Source: Kondoa subrosea
Lineage: Eukaryota
Assembly (NCBI GenBank): GCA_039545335.1
Contig: BCIN01000005.1
Location: 62,001 to 126,000 of the forward strand
Reading direction: 5' to 3'
DNA length: 64,000 nt
The notes under the pieces: generated by a model
Databases searched by the model: none
The model's input: only the letters and a program-made list of their open reading frames with translations
Told to the model about the DNA's origin: nothing
In this document: positions 23,091 to 35,700 of the stretch, one piece after another
Position numbering within the stretch: position 1 is the first letter of the stretch
Layout of the letters: each line of letters opens with the position of its first letter
Made by a program: the position numbers and the translations under genes

Positions 23091-26000
23091 CTAAAGAATG
23101 CTATTTTACAAAAGATAAATGAGATTGTCCAAGACTTAGCGCATTCTGAGTATAGAGGACCTTTTCCGCACTGCAGGTGGTCGAGCTTTAGATATCGTAG
23201 GAGAAATGATGCTCGTGCTAGTATGATAAATCAGCGAAACCCAAGGAAAATGGAAGAAAGAAGCTGACTTTTCTTGACTTTCTCCTCCTCCGGTATAGAG
23301 CTCACTATCTCTACTCCTTTCAAAGTTACGGTCAGGCTGTACTAATCCTTCCAATCTTTTCTGACTGTATGAAATCACATCCCGTCTTCTCTTGCTCGTC
23401 TTCTCTTCTACCACGTTGCTCATAGTAGCTCCATTGAGCAGTTTAGGCGCTAGAGCAGATCTTCGTGCTTTCTTATCACTTGTAGGATCCGAAGCAACCA
23501 AAGAAAGTTTCTTCAGTTCGACACTGCTTGTTCGTTTGTGTTGTTGTATGGTGGATAAGACTAATGGGCGAAGAACTCTAGGAGCAGGACTTTCCTCGAA
23601 AGAAGGAGAGAAGGAAGCTGCGGAATTTCTGCTTGATCCAGCATCGGAAGAACAGGGGCTAAGATCTGGTGTTCCGGCTTCATAGCTTGAGCTCGATTCC
23701 CGAGAGGAGATGGACTTGTATCTGTCTTGACTGTTGAGAATGAAGCGAGCAATTTCGAGACCATTAGCAGGAGGGGTGAAAGCTGCATAAAATTATGAGA
23801 GGGTAATCACCTAATAATAGAAGGTATCTCACATTGCACTTCCGTAGCAGAGTATTCAGTATCGGGAAAGATTTTCTTACTTTGGCTCAATTCATCTTGA
23901 GCTTCGCGACAGAATTTCAGCAAATCAATAGCTTGATCAGAGAAGGGTTCGCTAGCTCTGTTGTCGTCCAATGGGTCAGCAATATGCACTCGATCAGCAA
24001 AGTAGTCCTTCTGCTGTGCTTGAGGGCTCGGCTCTTCCACAATAGTTTGTTGAAAGAGAGGTGCACGGGCAGAAGGTCGGCGTGGATCTTTCGGCGGTAC
24101 TTTAGGTGCTAGTCTAATGATATTGCTCTGGGCTATCTCTGGCCGATAGTTAGCGAAAGAATCGCTTGACAATCGATTGCCATTATCTGAAGATGAAAAT
24201 TCCGAAGCCGAAGGTGAGCTGGCAGGTGGGGTATCGGGCTGCCAGAGCTGGTCAGCACAAATCAATCGGTAAGAATAAAACCTACTGGAACAATGCCCGA
24301 AGTAATGCTCGAAGAGGACAAAAGTTGAGGTCGAGCAATGATGACTTGATCAGTTTGGGTAGTCGGCAAAGGTCGAACATAGCGCGGAGAGGGTTCTGCT
24401 ATCACATCAGTAATTTAGAGTACTGACTCGTGAGGAGCGTACCCGAAGACCTCTCGGAGTCCTGATCACTTTCACCAAAGCTGATTGGACCCAAATGAGC
24501 TCCAGGTCTTGGTAAACGATTTCCAGTGAGCATAGCAACTTTCTTGCCTACCGGTCTAGGACAAGGCGAGGAGCCAACGGAAGAAATGGTCAAGAAAGAC
24601 TGTCTGTTGTTTCGAAGTGGATACAGTGGACGATGATCTTCGGCTGAACTACCAGAGTTCGAGTCGACTGAAAGTTGCGATTGATGTCTTACTCCGATTG
24701 TTGGATGAGGAGCTGGTTCAAGTTGACCCATTTCGGATTGTCTGAGATGTGAATAGCGGCGAAGACTGTTTCGAGTGCGTTTGCCGGGACAAGGTGAATG
24801 ACCAAGAGACTTGTTAGTGTCCATGCTGATGATGCTGGAGCGAGCACTTTGTGGCATATGAGGCGGAGCTTCAGAAACTTGAGATGATGCCAAACTAGTT
24901 CTTCGCGAATGATGATACTGACGAGAAGGCATTTCTGGAGAAGGTGATCCGGCCTGAACAACGAATTAGCTGATATTGATTTGGTGTATATGTAACTCAC
25001 CAGCGGATCAAGGGAAACGATAAAGTCAATATCATCCAGCATTCTCGCACCGCAACTTGGTCGACCCATTTCGATATATCGATTGAAAGAGCTTCTAGTA
25101 CTTGTGCGATCCCCAGACTTGGGTTCATCCAGTTCGAAAGAAGTTCTATGAGTTTCGTAGCTTGGTCTTGCCTCGTCCATACTTCTGCGACCATACTCGG
25201 ATACATCAAAGCTACTTCTACCATTGCTGGAATCCAGACTTGGTCGGCCGATAGTCGCCGAACCATCTAGCATATGTTGCAACGCAATAGCAGCGGCTTC
25301 AGTAGCAGTAGAAATATTGCCTTCGAAACTTGAACGGGATTGGAAAGTCAGATCTTCTTCAGGTGAAAGTTTAGCTGAATGAAGCGCTTCTTCCATAGAG
25401 CTACGAGGTGATTCGTACACTACTGCGTTGATCAGATCTTGAAGATCATCGGGAACTTCGTGTTGGGTTGAAGCGTTGCTGTGCTTTCTGGTAGAAGCTA
25501 ATGAACCGAGAGTAGCATCTTCTGCGTCCGGATCATTGAAACCAGTTAGAAGACTTGCTAGCTGACTGTTGGCGAATTGCACATGTTCAATATCAGCTAA
25601 GAGGTACGTAAAGTATAAGCAAGTATATGAGGACAAGCGAAAAGATACGAACTGGATTTGCGAGGCGGAGGCGACTCAGCTTGTATGACGGTCGTGTCGG
25701 GCATAGAGATTGGCGAAGGTAGCGGCTTTGTGAGAGTACCAGACCCTCGCAGCGCTTTGACTAGCTTCAATGATTTCTTCTTGAACATCTTAGGAGGTGT
25801 CTTAGGGGATGGACAAGGTGAAGAGAGCTGAGTTGTGTCTTCGCAAGATGAACTGTAGGACTTCTCTGATGCTGATCTGATGACGGTCGGTCGTGGCTGA
25901 GGAGCAGACCGAAGGGCGTAAGTAGATTGAGCTTTGCGAATTTCTTTATCATGTTTAGCTCTCATACAAGGACGACCGTTGATCACTCACCAAGGACAGG

Positions 26001-26747
26001 AGAAGCAGAGCGAGGTACCATTGCTGTCAATTGTTTGACCTCTTGTTCAATCGAGGAAGCGTTAGAAGCTTTTCTTCCAGCACTCTTGTTGCTAGAAAAC
26101 ATCTTGGGCAGCCATTTGTGACTGGAAGCGCTCTTCGGCGATTGTTCTTTGGTCTTGTTGCTTGAAGCGGAGTTTGTGAAATCGCGAAGAGCAGATCGCA
26201 AGAAAGCTGTTTTCGGAGTCTTGGTGTTTGTTTTAGTGGAAGTCTGTTCGTGAAAAGGAGTGGCCAGCACTTCTTGTAGTGTTTGACTGTCTTCTGGCGG
26301 TGCAGGATCGGAAAACACTTTGAGTCGTAAAGAAGAGGACATGCTTTTGAGCTTCTTGCCGGGAGTTGTACTAGCCAATTTGGCCATAGAAGGCATCTTG
26401 GATAAGCTCTTCTTGCTGCTGGTTGAAGAAGGTGGCGCCAAAGTCCTTGACGCTGAACCTCGCTCGACCACAGGCGATTTGGAAGCTCGGTGAAAAAGCA
26501 TTGGTTCGTATCGAGAAGAATATAATACTTCTGAAGATTGAGATGTCGTGAGTGAGCGCTTGAAAGCGTTCTCGGGTATCAGACGGAAAAGGTCTGAACT
26601 TGATCGTAAAGCTGGATCGATGGAAAGCTGGCTGGAAAGACTGCTCGAGCTGGATCGTCTGGATATAGTAGTTGTTTGAAAAGTGCGTGAGCGATACGGT
26701 ATGTTTTGATTCGTGTGAGCAGAAGTATTGAATACTTTCTGGAGCAT
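23091..26747 (-). CDS. Large Ser/Pro-rich low-complexity protein of unknown function
   Basis: Consecutive long minus-strand ORFs (25983-26747, 25597-25986, 24689-25636, 24402-24932, 23807-24265, 23136-23501) flanked by GT-AG intron signals; no recognisable domain; 3' end uncertain. Confidence 0.65.
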
Positions 26748-28738
26748 CAGGTCGTAAGGAGAGTCGTTAAAATCGTGTATAGCCCAAAGGCATTCGTTAA
26801 AAGTTCGTGATCACGGTGGTTAGAGGCAGGGCAGAAGCAGAAAACGCAAGCTCTGAAAACAACATAGGAAGACAGATTCTGAGCTTCTTTGGAAGCCTAG
26901 ATGTTGCGTGACGTGCGAGAGAAAGGGAGAGACAGCACAGCACCCACAAAGGCGAGCATGACAAGGGAGAAGAAGACAGCTGCAGCGAGGCATAGAAGGC
27001 AGTTAGAAGGCAAACCAGATCTCCAGACTTGCAAGCTAGAAAGCTGTCCAAGCAAACCACCAATCAAAAGCAGGCATATCGCGCTCCACGATCAGACAGA
27101 TAGTTCTACAAGTAGCGCAAGATCAGAGATGTGTCGAGGTTTCTGTGCAAGAAACTCGAATCAAACGTCAAGAGCACTTCTGAGTGGGAGTTGTGGCAGC
27201 AAATACTTGTCAGGCTGCCTTTGTTGAGCGGCGAAAGTCTGGTTTCCTTCAGCTCTGCCTCTTCATATATTCTTCTGTGCTGAGGCCGACTTTCATGCAA
27301 AGCTAAGCCGAAATTGCAACTCGCTAATTTCTTGTCAATCTCAACTCATTGATTGCCTTCGTTCTATTGCAATCTCCCGCTATTGCTCACACTACTCGCA
27401 TGTCTCCGACAACCCAAAGGGGACGAAAGACCGTTTAGCTTGTTGGTCAACTAGTTATCTTCGAGATGCTGCATCTCTTGTTTGCGTGCTTGTACACTCT
27501 CTCATTGGATCTGTATTTATCTGCTGTATGGCTATCAGCAGATTTGTCATCTTTGTGCCGTCACCTCGCCGAATTCGTCAGAAACGTTTGACAGCTAGAC
27601 TTCAGCATAATCTGTCTTGCAGGCTCTGTGTTAGCTTTGTCTGCTGCTTTCGTTGAACGCTCTTTGCTTGTGCATCAGTACAGTACTCGTCTGCCAAAGT
27701 TTTGTCGGACTCATTGTCTCACTTTGCACTTCCACCGTTGACTATGGCAGAATGGGCTGTAATGTGACAGATACCTTCAAATCTGCTCATCTGATAGTAC
27801 TCCTTCTCGGTCAGATGATTACACCAGAATTCATTTCTTGCTGAATTCGATCCTTTCATCTGTCAAAAGGCGGAAGTTGCTTGACTGTACTAGAGTCTCT
27901 TTCTCGGATTCTCTTATCTTCAGTCATGTACACCGGGTATTTTCTTCTTGCTTCGCATACATCATTTGGATCGGGAAAGGTATTCCAGCTGGTGGATGGA
28001 AAGGAGTCTAGTACATCGCAGCAGAGCATGGCTAAACGCCTAATACTAATACGAGGTCTGAGTGTGAGGGCATCGCGCGGATGATCCTTTGACGATCGCG
28101 ATGGGGGCTCGCACCTTCACGGGCAGAGAAGAGGTCGAAGAGCAACTTATGGGCCGGGCAGTTTTCTACTACATGGGGAGCTTCCCGCTCAGTTCAGGGT
28201 CATAGCGAGCCAAGGATATGTACTTCTTCTGTGTGCTCTGGTATAAAACGAGTTTGCATGACTTGATAAACAAAACAATTGCCCATCCGTTGTCAAGGAA
28301 TTTGTCTCCCTTGCGAAAATACCATCATCTCGTGGAATAAATGTAGGAGTTTAAAAGTGCTAAGCGTGCGTGCGGGCCTCTGCGCTGCGCTTCCTCCGCT
28401 AGATAGAGCTTGCATCCGTGCTCTCAATTGAGGCTGAAACCGATAATTTCGTCAGAGTCATTCCCGGCTGAAATGCACTGACCTTCGCATCCACACTGGA
28501 CTCGTTTAGTGATGTGATTGATTCCTGTGATGCTCTTTTTCATTCTACGCTCTGCTGCCTTCCTCTTCTTCAAGTACTTGTTCTCACACACGAAATCATC
28601 TAAAAACCCATACATCAAAGAACCGAAGCACATTTCCGGCTAACTCGATTCCTAAGCAACGAACTTCCTGAAATGAGCTGTCCTCTCTTTTCTCCTTCAA
28701 CAATCTCTCCTTCAATTTTCTACACTCCCTCTTATCCA

Positions 28739-30670
28739 ATGGATCTCAACAACTTATGTGCCGCCACTGCCGCTGCACCTCCTGCTACAGCTCCAGCTCA
28801 TATTCAAGGCAGCAAAGCAAAACCTTTTAAGTGGTGAGTCAGGGGTGCTCTGTCCTTTGCAGATCACTTTCGCACAGAGCCTGACCCGCTTTTCATGCAT
28901 GACAGTGGTTGGACAGATTGTACTAAAGCTTTCTTGCGCAAATCGGATCTTATCAGACACTCTCGCATTCACACACAAGAAAGGTGAGATTCGACTTTTT
29001 CAAGCATCTCATTGATCAGAACTTATTTTTTAAAATTCGTTACAGGCCCTTCGCTTGCACTCATGAGGGCTGCGGCAAGACTTTCATTCAACGTTCTGCT
29101 CTCACAGTCCACACGCGGGTACAGTAAGTTCTTTCGGAATCCATATGAATCTGCTTCTCGGATTCTAATTCAAACGTCAGTACCGGCGAAGTTAGTCCAT
29201 TCTAACCTTCTCCTTATTATCAGCCATTCTAATCCCATTGACAACAGAAACCTCATGAATGCGAGACTTGTGGCCGATGCTTTTCGGATTCCTCTTCTTT
29301 GGCTAGACATCGTCGAGTTCAGTGAGTGTTGTCATCTTCATTGATAGCGTGGCATTTAGGGCTGACATAATTTGGTTACCAGTACCGGAGCGCGACCTTA
29401 CAAATGTACCATGAACATGTGTACACGCACTTTTTGTCGCAAGGCAAGTGTTTCATCGTCATTATCGAGTTGCTCGCGTGCTAACTCAATTCAACAGACT
29501 ACTCTTGTCAAGCATCAGAAACGCAACCACCCTGAAGGTGCTGAAGGAGAGCAGGCCTCTCAACCATCTTCAGCCAATTCTACCAACAGAAGCTATACTT
29601 TCCCTGCCCGCAACAGTAGTCAATCTCGAGGCAAGAGCAACAATGATGACGACGACGAAGACTACTACTCAGAAGAACACATGTCTCCTCGTCATACTCC
29701 AAAGCTAGAAGAACAACAGCGCAGTCCATATGAAAGCAAACATCGCGCTTATCCGGCTGCCATTCTTCCACCTCCTTCCTCTTACGGCTCTTCTCGCGGT
29801 CCATACAGTCTTCGCAGCAGATCAAACACTCACCATGCTGTGAGACATGTTCAGGAAGATGATCCAGAACCGGAAAGCCCTCAATCTGCTCATTCGGCTC
29901 CTTCTTTGGTTGAATCGGATATGTGAGTGTCTACTACTATTTTTCTACGATTTGAGCTAATTTAATAATTCAGGCTTCGTCGGGATTCGTATATGCAAGA
30001 TCAGCAAGATCAGCGCAACAGTCATTATCAGATGACCGTTCCTGCTCCACCTATCGCTTCTCCAAGCCATCATCAGGAAATGCCTCGCTATTCTCACAGC
30101 GCACCGGCTTCTTCCGCCTACCAAATGATGCTTCTTCCACCTCTGCAACTCCCTTCAGTTGAAATGCCTCGCAGCATGGCAAGACAAGAAGTTCATCTGC
30201 ATCATCCTGTCCCTTCTCCTCACTCTCCTCACTTCCTGCATTCGGTCCACAACGGAAGTCCATACTTTTCTCATCAACCTCTTCCACCTTTGCCTTCTAT
30301 CCCTCATTCCCCAATGGTTCATCACAATCATTCACCTATGATCCATTCTCCAATGCCGCACTCACCAATGATCCAGCAATCATACGTCGGCCAAGGCACT
30401 TATATGGCCTTTGATTCCAATTACGCAGAAGAAGACATCGCACCTCCTTTGGATTCAGCGACTACAGCTCATTCCATGGACAGCGCTCCTCACACACCGC
30501 CAGGCAACGAAATGCACATGTCTTACCTTACTCATTCAGCTCATCATTCTCCTTCTTACAACAACCCAAATTATCCCTTCAGACCACATGCCGATGTCAA
30601 AGAAGAGTTTGTGCAGCCAACTTACCATTCTCATACAAGATCTTTCGATATGTTGCAGCCTGGTTACTAG
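28739..30670 (+). CDS. C2H2 zinc-finger transcription factor (4 fingers) with His/Pro-rich C-terminal region
   Basis: [110 protein letters not shown]. Confidence 0.95.
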
Positions 30671-31467
30671 ACAACAATGTTTCAAGATTTCTCTGTCTCT
30701 CCCCTTTCTTCTGTCAATACACGTTTTTTTCTTTACTTTCTATCGGTACAAAGCAGTAATCAGTATCAAAGTTTCTTCTGTGAAGAATCAGTCATTCGTC
30801 TTCATACCGCGGGTTTGGAGATCAGTCATTCGTTTGGGGCATTTAGATTGGCAAGTGGTTTGAGTTGGGTTCGGTAAGGTAGAGGGGAAGGAAAGGAAGA
30901 AAGAAAGAGCGAACTGTGAAGTTATACCAAAGCAAACGGGTCGGACAATGCGAGCTTGCAGTATCAAGGAAAATGCATTATACATTCAATTCATTGCAAG
31001 TCCAGCTCCGCGAGACAGTCCTACATCACCAGCTGTTCACTACGAGCATTCTTCAAGATATCTTCCGCACTTCCTCGTTGATCAAGTCGACGCCACCATT
31101 TCCTCGGTGAGGAAACTTTTTTGTGCGAGGACAAACTTCCATCTTTGTTCGCTCAACAGCAAGTAAAGTTCAGCGTAAGCTACAATGCTTGAATTGTTGC
31201 TCTCTGTGTATACCCAAGACCTTAAAGCCAACAAACGACTCAAGGTCGAGCAAATCTGCAAAAGTCGTATCTTTATGCACGCATATCTCAGCTCGCTAGG
31301 CTGTCAAGCTATACTCAACGGTCTATAGTCAACAAACACCTTGCTCTACCGCTTTTGTCTGCATGCATCAGGCTTCCCTTATGAAGCAAATCTCGAACGA
31401 ATGCTAGAAATAAAGAACAGGTCGCTGACTTTGCTATCTTTGTGCATTGACAGCTTTCCTGCCCATC

Positions 31468-32051
31468 ATGTCGGACGCATCAGGAGCAATTACCATTCGC
31501 ACACGCAAGTTCTTGACCAACCGTCTGCTTCAACGCAAGCGTATGTTCACCTACCCGCTGATTTGAGTATATCGCTCATATCCTTTGGTGATATTCTATA
31601 CAGAAATGGTCATTGATGTTCTTCACCCTACCAGAGCCAACGTCTCAAAGGAAGAACTGAGGGAAAAGCTTTCAAAAATGTACAAGACTGAAAAAGATCT
31701 CGTTATCGTCTTTGGTTTCCGAACTCACTTTGGTGGTGGACGAAGCACGGGTTTCGGTTTGATTTACGATACCAAGGAAGCACTCAAATTTGAACCAAGA
31801 TACCGATTGATCAGGGTGGGTCTTAAATGGAGAAAACATAAGGTTTCTGTTGCTGATTTCCAATACTTTCCAGAATGGTCTTGCAACCAAGAAGGACCAA
31901 GCATCACGTAAATTGCGCAAGGAAAGAAAGAACAGAGCCAAGAGTGCGTTGTTCCAATGAAGGTCGCTTGATTTTGTTAAACTTTCCTGTTATAGAGTTC
32001 CGAGGTACACAAAAGCTCAAGGCCGCATCTGCGGAAAAGAAGAAGAAGTGA
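31468..32051 (+). CDS. RPS24: 40S ribosomal protein S24 (eS24)
   Basis: [72 protein letters not shown]. Confidence 0.98.
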
Positions 32052-32725
32052 CGGAAGCTTCACAGCACTTACTTCTCGCTTGTATTGGTCTTGGAAGCTG
32101 GAAGTCATTTGTTCGGATGCTGGGATTTCAAGCGGTGTTTTACGAATTCAAAGAGTATAAAGGAATGGCAAAGAAGAGTCTTACTCGTCAACAGGGGACA
32201 GAGCGGATTGGGACTTGCATCGGTCTTTTTGCTACTTTCTGGTCGAAGCGCTGTTTGGGAATTCTGCTTCGGCATTTGCATTGATAGCTAACTGGCATTT
32301 CATTCATCGCATCTCACGGCGTGTGTAGTAAGCTTGCACATATGCACGCATCAGTGATCAGACACTTTTGCTCAACACGCCTGTTGACCCGTGTCAATAC
32401 CTCGTGCGCATGAGGAACGGGTATCAAGCCGCTGTCTTCGGCCCATGTAATCCATCGCTCGCTCAGCTCTCGCCTGCTCTTTCATCCAGAATGACCCAAT
32501 AACTTCTGTACAGTACTACGTAGATTCGATTCTTTCCCAAGTCTGGCATTACTGCATTCACGTACTTGGCCTCATTACACTATCCACATGCGAGCGCGCT
32601 GTACCTATTGCTCAGTACGCTGTGCTTTCGCGAACTATCTTTACGGCACAGCTCATCATACTGCCTTTGTTCTTTCTTTCAGTGCACCTATTCTCGATAT
32701 CTTCACCTCTTAACACTCGACTACA

Positions 32726-35700
32726 ATGTATCTCTGTTCGGATGAATGGTCCTTTGGAAATGCAGGAAGCTCTTGCAGAGTATTTGATCTGAACCTGGCT
32801 GCTTCTTCTATTCTTCTGTCTCTTCTACCTTCTTGTCTGTTCATCTGCACAGCATGGTTCCGTTACAGAAGACTATACGGAAAGATGGATCGTGTCAACA
32901 GAAGTAGAAGTAGCTCGATCTTTTGCGCTAGCAAGATCAGTTTATCGATAATCACAATAATAACAAGTCTCGCTTGCCTCATTGTCTGGCCAATACAAAT
33001 AGATCGTACTGCATTGGGAATCGCAACTCTAGTGATGGAATTCCTGGCCGCTCTACACATTTTGCCGGTAACTTATCAAGAGCATTTCAAGACGAATCGA
33101 TCTTCTCTGGCCTTGCCTCTATATCTCTTTGCAAACACACTACTGGATGTCGTCCGGATACGTACCTTCGTAATAAGCGGTATCAGCAACAAGAGCATCG
33201 CCTTTTTCGCTTTCTTCTGCATTGGCTACGGATCGAAGGTGTTTCTGCTGCTGTTGGAAAATCTTGACAAGTCTCGTTGGCTCATAGACGGGACTACGGA
33301 AAAGGTGAATACTTGCCGCACGTTTACTATCGCGACTGATTTTTCGGTCACGACAGATGTGCCCGGAACTGACAGCTCCATTCTTCTCTCGCTTGACCTT
33401 GTTCTGGTTTCGCAAATATGTGCGCAACTAATTTAGTCACTCTTTGCTTCAGCTAAAGGTGCCTTTTCCAGCTCGCACTTGGTTGGAAAGGTCAAATCAA
33501 GGCTTCCGATTTGGGTTCCGTCGATCATGAAGATCCTCAAGTCTTGCATCAAGAATTTGAGAAAGCATGGCAGCAAACAGAAAAGAAAAAGTATCGCTTG
33601 CTACGAACGCTTTTTAAGACTTTGGAACTTGATATCGTTGCTCCTCTTTTACCTAAATTGCTACTAGTGCTCTTTACTATGTGTCTACCGTTGACTCTCA
33701 GTGCACTTTTACGCTTTCTGAACTCTTGGCGAATTGAAGGTGGTGGCCGTCAGCCAACCGCGTACGGCTATGCTCTTGCAGCAGGTAAGCATGTTCTCGA
33801 AGCCTCCGGAGCTAGTCATAGTCTGAATTCAGTCTGTAGCATATGGAATTGGCTTGCTTGGAGTTACGCTGTCGACGATGATGTTTACAGTTGGGATAAC
33901 TCGACTGGCTGGACGAATCAGAGTCGCGTTGATGCAAGCGGTCTATCAAAAAGCGCTTCGAATTCATGTTTCACAATCAGAAGAGTTGGGTTCGGGCTTT
34001 CTAGCAAGTGCAGAATCGATCGATATTGAGAGAATCGCAAATACAGTGGGGTAGTCTCGAAGGCAGATTTCGATCGGTTTCTGATTATGATGGCTATAGA
34101 TCGAATTCCCATATGGAGTACTACAACTCTTACTCTATGCGATTCTCGTTAGCTTAGTCATTGCTCGCGCTTTTGGGATCTCAGTGCTCGGCATGATTAT
34201 TGGCGTTTCTTTGCTCGGTGTCTTACTGCCTTCATTCGGACACAAAATGACTGCCGACCAAAGCAAATGGTCAGCTGCAACAGATAGGCGTGTAAAGTTG
34301 ATGAGCTCCGTGAGTTGTCTACTTAGCCATGAAAGTATAGACAAGCTGATGCAAGTTCAGATATTACATTGTCTTACTGCGGTCAAACTTGGTGCTTACG
34401 AACGACCTTTGCACAAGGAATACATGGAGGCTCGTGATAAGGAGTTGTTTGAGCAAAACAAGTTCCTTAAGCGAAAAGCCTTGAACGGTGCATGGAACAA
34501 CACGCTGTAGGCAGTTATGCTATATTTTTGGACTTTAATGACTTCTGGAGCAGCTGGAACCTGCTCAAGTATACTGTATTCGCAACGCATGCGGTATACT
34601 GTCATTTGACAAACAAGAAATTCGAATACAACGATGTCTTCGTTGCTCTGGCCGCGTACGAAGCTTTCGGAGCTGGATATTGGGGTGTTGTCTGGCATCT
34701 CAATTCCTTCATGACAGCGTGAGTTCAGACTGAGCATGCTGGCTTCTCTCAATAAACGCTCTTCTCTAGCCTATCGTCAGTTCAAAGGATAGAAAGCTTT
34801 CTTGAGATGCTCGAAAGGCCTCCATCAAGAGATTCATCTGCTATGCTTGAAGAGCCGCCGAAATCAGACAAATCATCCGAAAAATCTGTCAATCTGATAT
34901 CAACATTGGGAGAAGTCCTCGTACTCCAGAACGCAAACATTGGCTACAAAAGCAAAGATCTCACTATTCTCAAGGATGTCTCAGTCAGTATTCCACGAGG
35001 ACAATTGACTATGGTCATTGGGCCAGGTGAAGCTGCTTGTGTTCCTCCATGTTCACATAACTGACTAGCGACTCAGTTGCCAGTGGGAAATCAAGTCTAG
35101 TGAATTGTGTGCTTGAAGAAATAGACGTGCTTTCGGGCTCAATGTCAAAATCGCTGAAAGGCTCTATCGCTTACAGTACGCGCTTCTAATCATTACAAAC
35201 TGATTCCTTGTCTCATCATGTTGAAGGCTCTCAAGATCCCTATATTCAAGATGGTAATGTGCGAGACAATGTCTGTTATGGTTCAGCTTACGATCAAACT
35301 CGATATCAGCGAGTCATAAAAGCTTGCTTACTGCATGAAGATATCGACGGATGGTCCGAGGGTGATCAGAAGAAGGCCTTGAGCTGCTCAGGTGGTCAAA
35401 AGCAGCGCATTGTTAGTCGCAGTCTTTGCCTGTAGGTTGACCTAAATGCGATTCAGGCTCTGGCTCGATGTCTATACGAAGCTACCGAGACATACCTCTT
35501 CGACGATGTCTTGTCAGCCTTAGATCAGAAATCAGAACGACGGGTTTTCCGAAACCTCTTTGGTGCCGATGGATTGCTGCGGGGCAAGACCATCATCATG
35601 GTCACAAATAATCTTACCAGACTTCAACATGCCGACTATATCATTCAGCTCGCAGGTGGACAAGTCGTGCAAGCTGGCTACGAAAGCGCCTTCAATCTAC

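Noticed and set aside
26750..28730. 2-kb spacer between divergent genes as a hidden gene or ncRNA
   Set aside because: Only short unconvincing ORFs and no tRNA or snoRNA signature; consistent with the promoter and 5' UTR of a transcription factor.
32049..32291. RPS24 TGA-CGG followed by ~80 open codons (possible readthrough extension)
   Set aside because: The extension has no recognisable motif or PTS1 ending, its length is compatible with chance, and eS24 ends normally at KKK.
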